From: Felis catus
Lineage: Eukaryota
Assembly (NCBI RefSeq): GCF_018350175.1
Contig: NC_058368.1
Span: 202,742,001 to 202,806,000, forward strand
Direction: 5' to 3'
DNA: 64,000 nucleotides
Under the pieces are notes generated by a model. It was not told where the DNA came from and did no database searches. It saw only the letters and a list, made by a program, of their open reading frames with translations. Position numbers and translations under genes: made by a program. Of this stretch, positions 41,635 through 55,553 are shown piece by piece. Every line of letters begins with the position of its first letter. Within the stretch, counting starts at the first letter, position 1.

Positions 41635-42450
41635 TATTCATTTGTTCAACAAGCTTTATTGAGACCATATTTTATATGCCAGTCACTATGTCCTAAAATC
41701 AGTATGTCTACAAGAAAGCAAACATTTAGGAAGTCGTATAAATTTGCACATCAGTACAATCCAATTCATTAAGAACATAAGATGAAATCACAGCTTAAGA
41801 TTGAGGATTCTGTCAAAAAAATCTTTTTTGAAGGAGGTGACACCTGTCTTGAGCCCTGAAGTCTGCATGGGAGGTAGAGGATTGAGGAGCTGTTTGTGGA
41901 ATCAGCATTCCAGGTGGAGGGGGCAGCTAGTGTAAAAGCAGAGGATAGAGAAAACATGGCGGTTTGAGGAAATGCACATACAGTATTCAGTATGTTTGGA
42001 ATGGAGATTGGGAGGCAGGCATAGCAGATGAGCAAGTGCGGATCTACGTCTTGGCAAGAAATTAGGATTTCATCCAACACTCTATGGGCAAGAATTGAAG
42101 GCTTTTAAAATGAGGGATGGAATGACCAAATTTGCTTTCAGGAACAAGTATTTTCATAGAGGGAGGCACCTGTGCAAAGAGATAGACAGGAGAGTCTTAA
42201 AATAACCCAGACAAGAAGTAATGTGGATTTAAAATAATCCTCAGCAAAAGATTAGAAAATACACTAAAGGAAAAGAATCAGTGGAACTTATAGTCCAGCT
42301 CTTTATGAAGAGTAAGAGAAAGGGGAGATTTATAAATGGCACCATGTTTTTGGTTTGGATAGCTGTGTAAATGGGGTGCTACTTAACATGATAGTGAATA
42401 TAGATGAATCAGGTTTGCAAGGGTAGAGGTGACAGGATATAAGGGGTGAG
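41635..42450 (-). mobile_element. L2 remnant
   Basis: attcatttgttcaacaagctttattgag end and degenerate body. Confidence 0.6.
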
Positions 42451-44127
42451 TTGTGTGTGGAGATTGCTGGACTGTACATTCTAACTATGCAATGGTTTTA
42501 TTGGTCATATATACAACTTATCACCAAGGTCTGCCATGTGTGCAGTTATTTAATCCATGTGTTCATCCAATACCTATTTGTTGAATTGATGAATAAGTGC
42601 CTGTGGAGCAGGCAGCTTGTAAGCCTCCAGGAGGATCAATAGTCTGTTTGCAGTACCAGAGAACTCCTATAATATAATGAAGATTAAGATGACTCTGGCT
42701 CACAATAAATTAGGAAAATTAATTTCCCTTTTGAAAGCTGCCACTAAGTTGAGAGCAGAAAAGACAGTTCACTAGCCTCACAAACATGAGGAATTCTTGC
42801 AAAATTGTAAGAATGCATCTGTGTTCCTATTATAACCTATTATAATTACTTAATCCTCTCCCAATTTAGTCTACTACTCCACACCCTTCTGAGCCAGATC
42901 CTAGAGAGAATTAAGCCCTACTGTCCTAAAGCATATGTCACAAGTAATGAATTGACTTAGCACCTGTGCATCCAGAATGGTAATATTTATGTACCATCCT
43001 TGTAAGTATTCCTTAAATAATCACTGAAATGATTTTCTATGGTGTATGTTTTAGATGAGGAGTCCTAGCTGAGAAAGCCTCCCTTCCCTCCCCCTAATAT
43101 TACAACTACCTACTTCCCATAAAAAGCATTCTGTACTAGTAATAGGAAAGCAAAAGAAATTTGATGCTTTTCTCATTAGGGGTCCTACTTAATTTCCTTA
43201 TCTAACACCCAACAAGTTTTTGGGGTTTCCACATTTACAACTACTGTTTTGTCCGTAACCATGGTGTATATTACAAAATGTTTCTGTTCTCGAAAAAGCC
43301 AAATCTATAGCTGAACTTTATAACATCTAGAATTCATATGTAATGTTCTGAAGTTACATAAATCTTACCTAGGAGAGAGGAAAAGAGGTCGCTATCTCAT
43401 TGTGCTGTCTAATATCCTAATTATCAATTAGGCTGTAAAAAAAACACTCTTGATAGAATGCTTATAGCTGTCTCTGCAAGGAAAAAACAATTCAGCCCGA
43501 TGGTGGAAAGATACACACCATCATTTAAACTTTCTGTGGGAGAACAAAGGGAGCTGAGAAGATGTACTAGAACATAGGGAAAGTTATGAGCAAGAACTTT
43601 GGCAAAGGGAACAAAGAAAATAAAGATAAATCTCTGACCCTAAAACTGATTACCTAGCACCATTTACCACATATATATTTTGACATTTTAGCATTAGACT
43701 AACTCAGTCTGGAGCTTGGAGAAACATGAGCTCATGATAAAATTAACAATTATTAATAGTTAATCATGCCATCTCCATGTACCATGATGGAAAGCCACTT
43801 TTTATAGCTGCCTCCCTGAAGCCCAGGGGGCAAGCTGGTGCAAGTCTCTGTTGGATTTTTCACTGGTCTATGATGAAATCAGTGATACGAGAACAGTGGA
43901 GTAAGTTATCCTTAGAGATGAGTTTAATATTCAATATTCTAGGACTAAGTTATTCTTGTTATAATTTACTGTGCTCAACAAAAGCTGAATTTCTTTTTGT
44001 TTTCAATTGATGTTCTCTTAAAATAGGTGACTCTCTTTCTTTGAAATACATGAGTATATTTTCTGTCCTGGTATAGTATTATAATGCAATACGGATCTTT
44101 CATCTTTCAAAAACCTTATTTTAATAA

Positions 44128-44333
44128 TTTTTTTAATGTTTATTTATTTTTGAGAGAGAGTCAGAGTGTGAGCGGCGGAGGGGCAGAGAGAGAGGGAGAC
44201 ACAGAATCGGAAGCAGGCTCCAGGCTCCGAGCCATCAGCACACAGCCTGATGCGGGGCTCGAACTCACCAACCGTGAGATCATGACCCAAGCCAAAGTCG
44301 GACGCTCGACCGACTGAGCCACCCATGCGCCCC
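44128..44333 (-). mobile_element. Can-SINE (CpG-rich)
   Basis: Ends cgaccgactgagccacccatgcgcccc. Confidence 0.95.
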
Positions 44334-44508
44334 TATTTGTACTTATTTTAAATGTTGTAGGCTTTAGGGGACTATTCTGCTTAAGGCGCCTCTGGGAAGG
44401 GGAGAGAGAGTTGTAACATGACGTGGAAATTGTAAATTTACAAAATTTGTTCCTGGGCATAAATTTGAACACTGAATGATTATTTAATAATATTAAGAAA
44501 TTATTGTT

Positions 44509-44727
44509 GGGGCGCCTGGGTGGCTCAGTCGGTTAAGCGTCCGACTGACTTCAGCTCATGTCATGATCTCACAGTCTGTGAGTTCGAGCCCCGCCTTGGG
44601 CTCCGTGCTGACAGCTCAGATGCTGGAGCCTGCTTTGGATTCTGTGTGTGTGTGTCTCTCTCTCTGCCCCTCCCCTGCTCATGTTCTGTCTCTCTGTCTC
44701 AAAAATAAATAAAAACATTTAAAAAAA
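44509..44727 (+). mobile_element. Can-SINE
   Basis: ggggcgcctgggtggctcagtcgg head. TSD aagaaattattgtt. Confidence 0.95.
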
Positions 44728-45629
44728 GAAATTATTGTTAATTTTTAGGTATTATATTGATATTATAATGATTTTTATTTTAAAATTATGCATATTTTAG
44801 GAATCCATACTGAAACTTTGAAGTTGAATTAATTTAATATATTTGCAGTTTATTTCAGAGTAATCAGGGAGAGGACAAATATGCCAGTGAAATATCAGTG
44901 AAATAAGTTTAGCTATGGGTTTATAATTGCTTAAGCTGGGTGGGGAACAAATGGGGGATTTATTTTATTGTTATTTACACTGTTCTACAGATTATTAGAC
45001 TCTGATGTTATACTATCCTACTAGTTTTCTAACATACTTTTATACTATTCTACCTTTTTTTATATATTTTATATATTTAAAATATTCCACAGTAAAAATC
45101 TTAACAATCAAAAAAATGGGGAAAAAAGGAAGCTTTTTTAAAATAAACTTTGTATTTTAAGATATGCTCCTTCTACTGTTATCTTCTCCACAAAACTGAG
45201 AAGAAAATACTGGCTAACTGCATACCTGGTTAAGTGAAGTTTCTATTGGATATAGTTTTAAAAAAGATGCAATCACATCTCAGTTAAGCTTATAAAGGAT
45301 AAGAAGATACCTTTTCTCCAGGATGAGAGTCAGACCATCTCTGGTAGGAGTTTCCTGATGTCCATTTATCATACTGGCCAAGTAGGTCAGGAAGGGGCGT
45401 TTGACCCAATTCTTCAGCTTATTTTGCTTGAAATGACAAGTTAAAAACTAGTTTGTGCATCCTTAGAGCACTGATTGCTATTCTTTACAGATTTTATTTG
45501 ACTAAATTAGGATATGATAAAGGTCATCTATTTGGAAGGGGAAAAAAATCCATATAACCTAGGGGTTGGCAGACTCCATATAACCTAGGGGTTGGATTTG
45601 GCATAGGAATTCTGACGTATCCTCTCATT

Positions 45630-45848
45630 TTTTTATTTTGTTTTCTCATGTTTATTTATTTTTGAGAGAAAGAGAGACAGAGCATGAACGGGGGAGGGAC
45701 AGAGAGAGAGGGAGACACAGAATCTGAAGCAGGTTCCAGGCTCTGAGCTGTCAGCACAGAGCCCGATGCGGGGCTCAAACCCTCAAACTGCAAGATCATG
45801 ACCTGAGCTGAAGTTGGACATTTAACTGACTGAGCCACCCAGCACCCC
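45630..45848 (-). mobile_element. Can-SINE
   Basis: TSD tatcctctcatttt. Confidence 0.95.
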
Positions 45849-48156
45849 AATATCCTCTCATTTTAAAATTAACCTTTTATCCAAATTGAATTCATTCTGA
45901 ATAACATAAGCAAAATCATTCTATAAAATATATTTTACTTATTATTACTCAATACATACGTATTTTTGCTCTATTACTTAATACATGCTACTAACTAAGC
46001 CACCTGATTACGGACATGGATTATTTTTCATCATTAATACATTCTTGAACTTATACACAAACTTTTAAGTTTAGAACGTGTCATTTTTATGATTGTAATT
46101 ATTACCTTCAGTTTGCTTATTTGTTGTCATATACAGTGGTGCTTCTTGGAGGGGGAATATCACCAGATATTTACCATGTTAGGATTAATTTGTGAATATG
46201 CTTGTTTTCTGGGTGGCAGGATGAGTGTATGGTTGCTTTGTGTGCCTAATAAATGTTTACTGTTGCCTTGCACAAGAAGATTTCCAGCTCACCTCTCTAC
46301 TGATACCTTGGATTACTCAGAAGTAGAAAATGGAAACGCTATAGGTAGGATATTAGTTTTCTACTCACTTCAAGTCCTCTCTGTGACTACTCACGCACTG
46401 GACTTGAAGAACTCACTGTAAGCTCTCAAGAGAGGGTAAGAATAGACAAGGTAGAGGCTTTTAACAAAATGGACTGGTATGAACACCCGGAAGGAGGTCA
46501 CAGATGGAGATGAGTATGAGTCAGGCATTTTCAGGCTAAGTGATACAGAGCCAAGCTCAGGTTAGCTGAGGTGGTGAAGCCTACTATAAGGGAACCCAGG
46601 AAGAAAGAAAGCCACAGCAAACCACCCCAGGGAAGTCAGATGCTGATTTTGTGGCAAGAGAGAATTCCCCTCAGGAAATCATAGCAATTCCAGTACCCCA
46701 GGAGCCATCGTAGGGACTCACCTTTCCCATAACATATGTAATCTCTGACTTTCCTAGCTGTTCATTACTTTCAGTTTCCTCATGAGAAAGTATAGTTAGG
46801 CCTGTGAGTCACAATCCAGCGTGAAGCATCCCCATTGGGAAGAGGTCTCCAGCCAGGCCATCTTTTGGGCTGCTGGCCTGTTTTGGATGACAGTCTTGGA
46901 GGTAGGCATCAGTCATGGTTGCACTGTCACACATACCCAGTCACATGATAAAAGCTTACCAACTGGAATACACACAAAAACATACTGCTTCTAATTTTAT
47001 AAAAAGGAGGTACTGGATTCATGTCACGAAGAGTTTCGTGAAATGAGAGTTTTCTCAGGATGCCGAAGTTTCGCTTGAATTTTTCCCAAAACAACCTTTT
47101 ATCTTACCTTGCTCAAAACAAACACTCTCCAGTGGTTTGCCTTTACATGTAGGTTCAAAATTCACAGATGCCTTATCTCCTTTCAAGTTCTTTTTGAAGC
47201 TTCATTTAGTAATTCTTAAAAGAGATCGCTTTTGTTCTGGATGCTGTAGCTTTACTTTAGGCAAATCCCCATTACCTCATACCCAAATTATTATTGAAAC
47301 TTTTTTACAAATCTTTTTTAACCACTAGGAGCCTCTGTCTCCTCTCCTTCTACAAGCCAACTATAGATTAATATTCCTACATCGTGAAACAAAATGAATG
47401 TACCCGAAAGAGAATGAACGTACCTTCTAGAGAAAGGCTGAGTGTTTTTCCCCATGTATGGCAAGATATCAAGAGATCTAGAATTCCCTAGGTCTGTTCC
47501 ATTTAATCTCCTTTCCTAAGACAATATTTTACACACAAATTCCTTCCTTCAAAATCCTTGCAATAGTATTGTCAATTAAGACCAAACTTCTTATCTGTGG
47601 AAGAATATTCTCTGTGACTAATCAAACCCATATGATCCTGTGGCCACTGTTCTTACAGTTCCATGGAACCCCCCCCCCCCACACACACACACACACACTC
47701 TTCTCTGAACCTGTGCTCATGGCACTATTTCACTCCAGTGTCTTCCTTCCCATCCCATTTGTCTTGTCCATCCTGATGGCCTAACCAAAGTAATCCCTAC
47801 ACTTTTTTCAGAGCCCACCTAAGGTACCTCATGTCACCAAAATGTATAGAACTAGACTGCGACAGATGATGTATTGTCTGGACTTCTAGATTTTTATCAG
47901 GTTAAATTCCTTAGCAGACACTTCAGCTTTGGAATTATTCTGTCTTGTTTTATGTATTGTGTTTGGATTTCTAATTAACTATACACTCTGAGGGGTTTTT
48001 TTTTGTTGTTGTTGTTTTTAATTTCTCTTATATTTCCCATAGTTCCCTTCAAGGTGCTGCAGGGAAATCATCTGTTGACTGAATTTATACTGTTCCTTAA
48101 TTTCCATTCCATTTTGTCACCATTTTCCAGTTTCTTTTAAACAGGGAACCCTGGTT

Positions 48157-49238
48157 CCATACAAATTTTAGGATTGCTTGTTCTAGCTTCGAGAAGAATG
48201 CTGGTGCAATTTTGATTGGGATTGTATTGAATGTGTAGATAGCTTTGGGTAGTATTGACATTTTAACAATATTTATTCTTCCAATCCATGAGCATGGAAT
48301 GTTTTTCCATTTCTTTGGATCTTCTTCAATTTCCTTCTTTCTATAGTTTTCAGCATACAGATCTTTTACATCTTTGGTTAGGTTTATTCCTAGGTATTTT
48401 ATGATTCTTGGTGCAATTGTGAATGGGATAAGTTTCTTTGTCTTTCTGTTACTTCATTGTTAGTGTATAAGAATGCAACTGATTTCTACACATTGGTTTT
48501 GTATCCTGCGACTTTGCTGAATTCATGTATCAGTTCTAGCAGACTTTTGGTAGAGTCTGTCGGGTTTTCCATGTATAATATCATGTCATCTGCAAAAAGT
48601 GAAAGCTTAACTTCATCTTTGCCAATTTTGATGCCTTTGATTTCCTTTTGTTGTCTGCTGATGCTAGCATTCCCAACAATATATTAAACAACAGCGGTGA
48701 GAGTGGACATCCCTGTTGTGTTCCTGATCTCAGGGGGAAAGCTCTCAGTTTTTCCCCATTGAGGGTGATATTAGCATTGGGGTTTTCATAAATGGCTTTT
48801 ATGATGTTTAAGTATGTTCCTTCTATCCTGATTTTCTCGAGGGTTTTTATTAAGAAAGGATGCTGAATTTTGTCAAATGCTTTTTCTGCATCGATTGACA
48901 GGATCATATGGTTCTTATCTTTTCTTTTATTAATGTGATGTATCTCATTGACTGATTTGCAAATGTTGAACCAGCCCTGCAGCCCAGGAATGAATCCCAC
49001 TTGATCATGGTGAATAATTCTTTTTATATGCTGTTGAATTGGATTTGCTAGTATCTTATTGAGAATTTTTGCATCCATATTCATCAGGGATATTGGCCTG
49101 TAGTTCTCTTTTTTTTGCTGTGTCTCTGTCTGGTTTGGGAATCAAAGTAATGCTGGCTACATAGAATGAGTCTGGAAGTTCTCATTCCCTTTCTGTTTTT
49201 TGGAACAGCTTGAGAAGATAGGTATTATCTCTGCTTTA
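48157..49238 (-). mobile_element. Inverted 5' segment of a felid-type L1 (ORF2 reverse-transcriptase region, disrupted)
   Basis: ORF 48581-49084 [13 protein letters not shown]...[17 protein letters not shown]...[13 protein letters not shown]...[11 protein letters not shown] is L1 RT. Confidence 0.95.
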
Positions 49239-50743
49239 GACCCCGAATAGCCAAAGTAATTTTGAAGAAGAAGACCAAAGCACAAGGCATCACACTCCCA
49301 GACTTTAACCTCTACTACAAAGCTGTAATCATCAAGACAGCGTATTGGCACAAAAACAGACACATAGACCAATGGAATAGAATAGAAACCCCAGAATTAG
49401 AACCACAAAAGTATGGCCAACTAATCTTTGACAAAGCAGGAAAGAATATCCAATGGAAAAAAGACAGTCTCTTTAGCAAATGGTGATGGGAGAACTGGAC
49501 AGCAACATGCAGAAGAATGAAACTAGACCACTCTCTTACACCAGTCACAAAAATAAATTCAAAATGGATAAAGGACATGAATGTGAGGTAGGAAACCATC
49601 AAAACCCTAGAGGAGAAAGCAGGAAAAAACCTCTCTGGTCTCAGCTGCCACAATTTCTTACTTGACACATCCCCAAACGCAAGGGAATTAAAAGCAAAAA
49701 TGAACTACTGGGACCTCATGAAGATAAAAAGCTTCTGCACAGCAAAGGAAACAATCAACAAAGCTAAAAGGCAGCCAGTGGAATGAGAAAAGATATTTGC
49801 AAATGACATATCGGACAAAGGGCTAATATCCAAAATCTATTAAGTACTCACCAAACTCCACACCTGAAAAACAAATAATCCAGTGAAGAAATGGGCAGAA
49901 AACATGAATAGACACTTCTCTAAAGAAGACATCCAGATGGCTAACAGGTACATGAAAAGATGCTCAATGTCACTCCTCATCAGGGAAATACAAATCAAAA
50001 CCACACTCAGATACCACCTCACTCCAGTCAGAGTGGCTAAAATGAACAAATCAGGAGACTATAGATGCTGGCGAGGATGTGGAGAAACAGGAACCCTCTT
50101 GCACTGTTGGTAGGAATGCAAAGTGGTGCAGCCATTCTGGAAAACAGTGTGGAAGTTCCTCAAAAAATTAAAAATAGATCTACCCTATAACCCAGCAATA
50201 GCACTGCTAGGAATTTACCCAAGGGATACAGGAGTGCTGGTGCACAGGGCACTTGTACCCCAATGTTTATAGCAGTACTTTCAACAATAACCAAATTATG
50301 GAAAGAGCCTAAATTTCCATCAACTGATGAATGGATAAAGAAATTGTGGTTTGTATACACAATGAGGTACTACGTGGCAATGAGAAAGAATGAAATATGG
50401 CCTTTTGTAGCAACATGGATGGAACTGGAGAGTATTATACTAAGTGAAATAAGTCATACAGAGAAAGACAGATCCCATATGTTTTCACTCCTATGTGGAT
50501 CCTGAGAACTTAACAGAAGACCATGGGGGAGGGGAAGGGAAAAAAAAAAGGTTAGAGAGGGAGGGAGCCAAACCATAAAAGACTCTGAAAAACTGAGAAC
50601 AATCTGAGGGTTGATGGGGGGTGGGAGGTAGGGGAGGGTGAGTGATGGGTATTGAGGAAGGCACCTGTTGGGATGAGCACTGGGTGTTGTATGGAACCAA
50701 TTTGACAATAAATTTCATATAAAAAATAAAAAATAAAAAAAAG
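49239..50743 (+). mobile_element. Forward 3' segment of the same L1 (ORF2 C-terminus, 3' UTR, A-tail)
   Basis: [14 protein letters not shown]...[15 protein letters not shown]-rich 3' UTR, AATAAA and A-tail. TSD aaacag(g/a)gaaccctggtt at 48139-48156 and 50745-50762. Confidence 0.95.
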
Positions 50744-50862
50744 TAAACAGAGAACCCTGGTTTAGATGTAAACCTGACAGCTACAAGACTTCATTTCCCA
50801 GAAAAGTCCCTCATTGACGTCACCTAAGATCCTGTTAGAAAAATGCAGTGTCAGCACCTCAC

Positions 50863-50864
<2 letters not shown>

Positions 50865-50902
<38 letters not shown>
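50865..50902. repeat. (GT)19 microsatellite within a MER5-like relic
   Basis: Direct reading. Flanks tcacctaagatcctgttagaaaaatgcag and aattcttatgcatattaaagtgtaggaagcact. Confidence 0.9.
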
Positions 50903-50905
<3 letters not shown>

Positions 50906-52403
50906 CACCCCCCCCATTTATTGAATCCTAATCTGCTTTTCAGCAAGGCATCCAGGCAATTCTTATGCATATTAAAGTGTAGGAAGCACTACACTGAAGA
51001 TTCCAGTATGAATCAGTTGACCCTTAATAATACATGACAATAAATAAATCAGAACAAACCATTAAATAATAATACATTAAATAAGCCAAGAAAATGTGTA
51101 TTTAAATCCCTATTTTATTATTCACATGTGTATATGTTACATGTGAGTGAAAGAAACAAAGAGAGAGAACCAGGGGAAATTTTTGGTGACAAGTAACTCT
51201 TTTTCTGTAGAAGACTTACCTCCTAAATATCTACTGAGTATATTTTCTGTTTAGATTTTATTTCTGCTGTACTTTCCTTTTTCATTTGGTGTAAGCCTAT
51301 TAAACCACATAGGAAAACAGAGCTGTCAGGATATCTCTTCAAAAAACACACTTGAGGTAGCTAAGAGCCAAAATCATTTGATGAATTTTTTAAAAGCTGG
51401 CTGCTTTTTAAAGGCATTTATAATTCAAGGTGTTTGATTAACTTTTAAAGAGTTGAGTGTTGGTAGATTTAAAATCAAAAGGAAAGACTTGGAGTGGTCC
51501 AGTGGATTTTTAAAGATGGATAGAACTAGGAAAACTGTGGTCTTACCCTTCTTAGCTTTGATACTATTTATGTGATTTTTGTTCCAATCACATAACAGAT
51601 CCCCTTTAATCTTCTGTATGTGACATGGGCTAACATGGGCTGGTAGTGATTGTTTTTTATCTATTCAACAGATATTCTAAAAATTACTGAGGTAGTCCAT
51701 CAAGTTTTTTTAACTTGCTAAAGACAAGTAGTATAAATATATAGTAGATAACGGTTTATAAATAGTTTTGTGTAAAGCAGATTTTATGTAGACATTAGGC
51801 AGTTGAAGGAGTCACAGTAGAAGTTAAAGACACATACATCATAACAAAGGGGAAGGGGTGAGAGCTTTAGGAGTGGGAACTATAAACCTTAATGAAAACA
51901 TCTGTATATCCAACAGAATGAAACAATCATGTCACAAACATGTTGGTAATCAATAGGAACCAGATAAAGGATAAGGGCAATCTGGTGGATAGGTCCGAGC
52001 TCTTCAAACAGAAATGGCTATTTGGAATGTTGTGCTCAAATGTGAGCACTTTGTTTTATAATGAATATTCGCACACTGATGTTAGTCATTCTGTTCTTAA
52101 TTTATTGATTGATTCATTCATCTTTAGTTCTTGAACCAAATTATATTCTATGACTAAATCTGTGGTAAGCGCTAGACATTGCAAATGTGATTGTTGTACT
52201 TCTCATTAAAGACTTTATAAGTTAGTATAGAGAAACATCACAGAAACAAGTAAGTCTGAAAATGTGCTGTAAGGTCTAAGATGCACGATTATCAAGTAGA
52301 GTGGAGGCACAGAGATAATTAAGAAGGGTGTCCATGGGTGTGAAATCATCTCACCTGAGATGAGTCTAAGGAATTGGGATGATTAGTTTAAAAACAGATT
52401 ATT

Positions 52404-52615
52404 GGGGCACCTGGGTGTCTCAGTCGGTTAAGCGTCCGACTTTGACTCAGCTCATGACCTCACGGTTTGTGAGTTCAAGCCCTGCGTTGGGCTTTGTGCT
52501 GAGAGCTCAGAGCCTGGAACCTGCTTCCGATTCAGTGTCTCCTTCTCTGTCTGTCCCTCCCCTACTTGTGCTCTGTCTCCCTCTGTCTCTCAAAAATAAA
52601 TAAACATGTAAAAAA
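52404..52615 (+). mobile_element. Can-SINE
   Basis: TSD aaaaacag(a/g)tta. Confidence 0.94.
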
Positions 52616-55519
52616 CAGGTTACTTACAAAGGTATGGGAAATGATAAATATATTTTACACATTTGAACAGTTATTTGATACATGAAACAGTTACCTACTT
52701 GTTCCAGCAGGTATAGTCAAAATCACAAGGGGAAAAAAAATACAGCGAGAGGGAACATAACAAGGAAAGGAAAGGACTCATGTTTTAAGAGTGTCTGCAC
52801 TGTGGTAGGCTTGTGCCAGGCACTTTGTAAGCACTCTTTTAGTTAATCCTTGTAACAACTTTCCCAATGCTCATCTTGTCTGAGATGCCACTACGGGTCC
52901 ATATTCAGAGCCAGGGGTGATCACCCTAATTTCTATGCTTTAAGAGAGATGTATTGACCAAACATATGGGGGGAGAGCTAAGACTTTTTTTTTTGGAAAA
53001 GCAATAACTTTAGATGATATAAATGACAATTAGCATGGCCAGTGGTAGAAGATGCTAATAATTATATAAATATGACTGTGTCTATGAGAACTGAAATGAT
53101 TAGTTGTATCTTTAGAAAATAAAGCAAAATTGGATATTCTAGTTATGAGACTATCATAATATAATCTATATGCATAATTATTCCTTTATAATATGGGAAA
53201 TTGGAGAGATATTATATCCAATGTGTTTCAAAAGGTTATAAAAGATGTGAAACATTTCAAAATACAAATTTACATCGATTTAATGTTCTATTCCAAATTC
53301 CCTAGATTCCTATTCAAATCCATCTGAGAGCTGAAATGTTTCTCCTAGCCAAGCTTGATATGCAGATTGATTTCAGCCAGATGTTACCACCTCCTATGCC
53401 ATAAGACGTGATATTTTACTAGTTTACTACCACTAAATATAGAAAGATAACAAATACAAATATAGAAAGAAAATGAAAAAAGTGATACTTCCTTTTGCAC
53501 ATTGTATGAGGCACTGGATTAGAAGCCTAAGTAATTTACAGGAAATTAGTATTCTGATACACAATAGTGAATTACTTTTATTTCATGATATTGAATACTT
53601 TAAAAAGGAAGCAGCTTCCTGCTTAGGTTACTCTGAGCAACCAAGTACAAATTTTCCCGTAAATTCTAGAAACTCAAATTAAACGTTTACCTTACAAATC
53701 TCGGTCATAAGTTCCTGCTAAGTCCCTGTGTTACTGCAATGTCAAATTCTGTTTTAAGGGTCAGGGAAATGTTTCTGAGTTGCAAAATTGTTGACACCAT
53801 TTGCCCTACCTTATAAAATGACTTCATATAGGTGACAGTAATGTCAGATAGACTGAAACACATATGATCAAGGTTAACTAATGGCAGCAAAAATAGCGTT
53901 GAGTAGTTGATGTATCTCATACCCTAAGGTTTATTAAAAGTATATTTTTAATTTGGTGGGTGGTGGGTCAAATTTTATTTCCTGGGACATACTCTTTATA
54001 ATGTTGAAATTGAAAATAGTTTTCCAATCTGCCCGTGAGGGGGAGCATTACTGTCACTTTTCCTCTTCAGTAGGTGAAATAAAGTACCCTATAAAGAAAA
54101 AAAAAGAGAATCATACAGAATTAAAATATGCCAAGAACTCAATACTTGTTTTATTTGATTATTTATTATTTAGAAATTTGTATCCAGACAAAGGGGCTTA
54201 TTTCCAAGTAGATTTGCACTAAAAATTTTAAAACAGTGATTGCACCACTGGGAAATTCCTAGTCGAGGTCTCAAAGAGTAAATAAGCAAGAAAAAAAAAG
54301 CAGAAAGATTGGAACAATCAACACAGTCTAGAAAAATATGCCATAGGATTCTTTCAAAAGCTTACATCTCTGTAAAATGAACTTGGTTTGTTCTTTGGGA
54401 GTTCAATGTTATTTCATTGTGTATTTTGCTTTTTGTGTGAAATCAATCTGAGCACCCCAAAGCAAGTTAATTTTCTACCTAATGAGTAAAGACATTATCT
54501 ACACTGAAGAAAATATTACCAAACCTTCTAAATACTTTCTTCATTATAGACATTGAACAAAACCTGCAAAGATATGTTTTGTTGCCTAAAGAAGGTACAT
54601 AAATCATTTAGCCAGTTCTATTACAAAGGGGAGATACCTCACAGGGGAACTAATACTACATTATCTACAACTTAAGAATAGAACTTAATGTGGGCCTTGG
54701 GTTTGTCCACTATCATTACATACTCATAAACATTTTAAAATAATTTTCCCTGGGCTCAAAACTCAAGGTTGCAGTTGCTGGGAGGGATACAATAATGTTA
54801 CTGTATAGTTACTGTCTTTAAAATGTCTAAAGCCAATGAAGGAGATAAGTGATATTTAAGAAGTGATTATAAAATCCAATACAAGAAAATAAAAATAGTG
54901 ATAAATTAATATACACATAACTTCTTAACCTAAAGGATAGTATGAGATACAAGTGACTAAATTGTATTTTCTTTCTCTGTTGTTTGCCCAAACCCAAATA
55001 GACACCCACTCAGAGTAACTACAGAAAAACTCTGTCAGGACTCTTTTCCCTCAATAAGTGGATCTCCAAAATGACTTAATATTAGAAGCAACTGCTCCAT
55101 TCACATATTGAATTTGGTAATTCATGAAATCTAAGACTCTTTAATGATCAGAAGGTCTGCTTTTTTCATTGCTAAGTGTGTGGCATTTTTTGTGTTACTC
55201 ATGGTAGAAACAAAGACTACAGAGGCTTTAAAAGAAGGGACTATTTTGAAGTGATTTTCACACTGACCAGTGATTTTTCCTGCTCATGAATGAATACACC
55301 TTCATTTGTTCGGTTTTTCACTAAGAAATTACTGAGGAGATGCCAAGAGATAATGGCTGAAGAGTTTTGAGTTGCCTCCAGAACTGAGATAACATAAACT
55401 TTCAGTTGTTTAAACCTTTTATTTCATTGTTTAGAGTAGAGTAGCCAGCAAATTCCATAGTAGGATAATATTTATGCTTAAATATTGACCAATATAGATC
55501 CGTCTTTCTACATATACCT

Positions 55520-55522
<3 letters not shown>

Positions 55523-55551
<29 letters not shown>
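55523..55551. repeat. (AC)n microsatellite
   Basis: Direct reading. Confidence 0.95.

Positions 55552-55553
<2 letters not shown>

Noticed and set aside
48581..49084. 167-aa reverse-transcriptase ORF as a novel RT system
   Set aside because: It is a frameshifted L1 ORF2 fragment inside a TSD-flanked L1 insertion.
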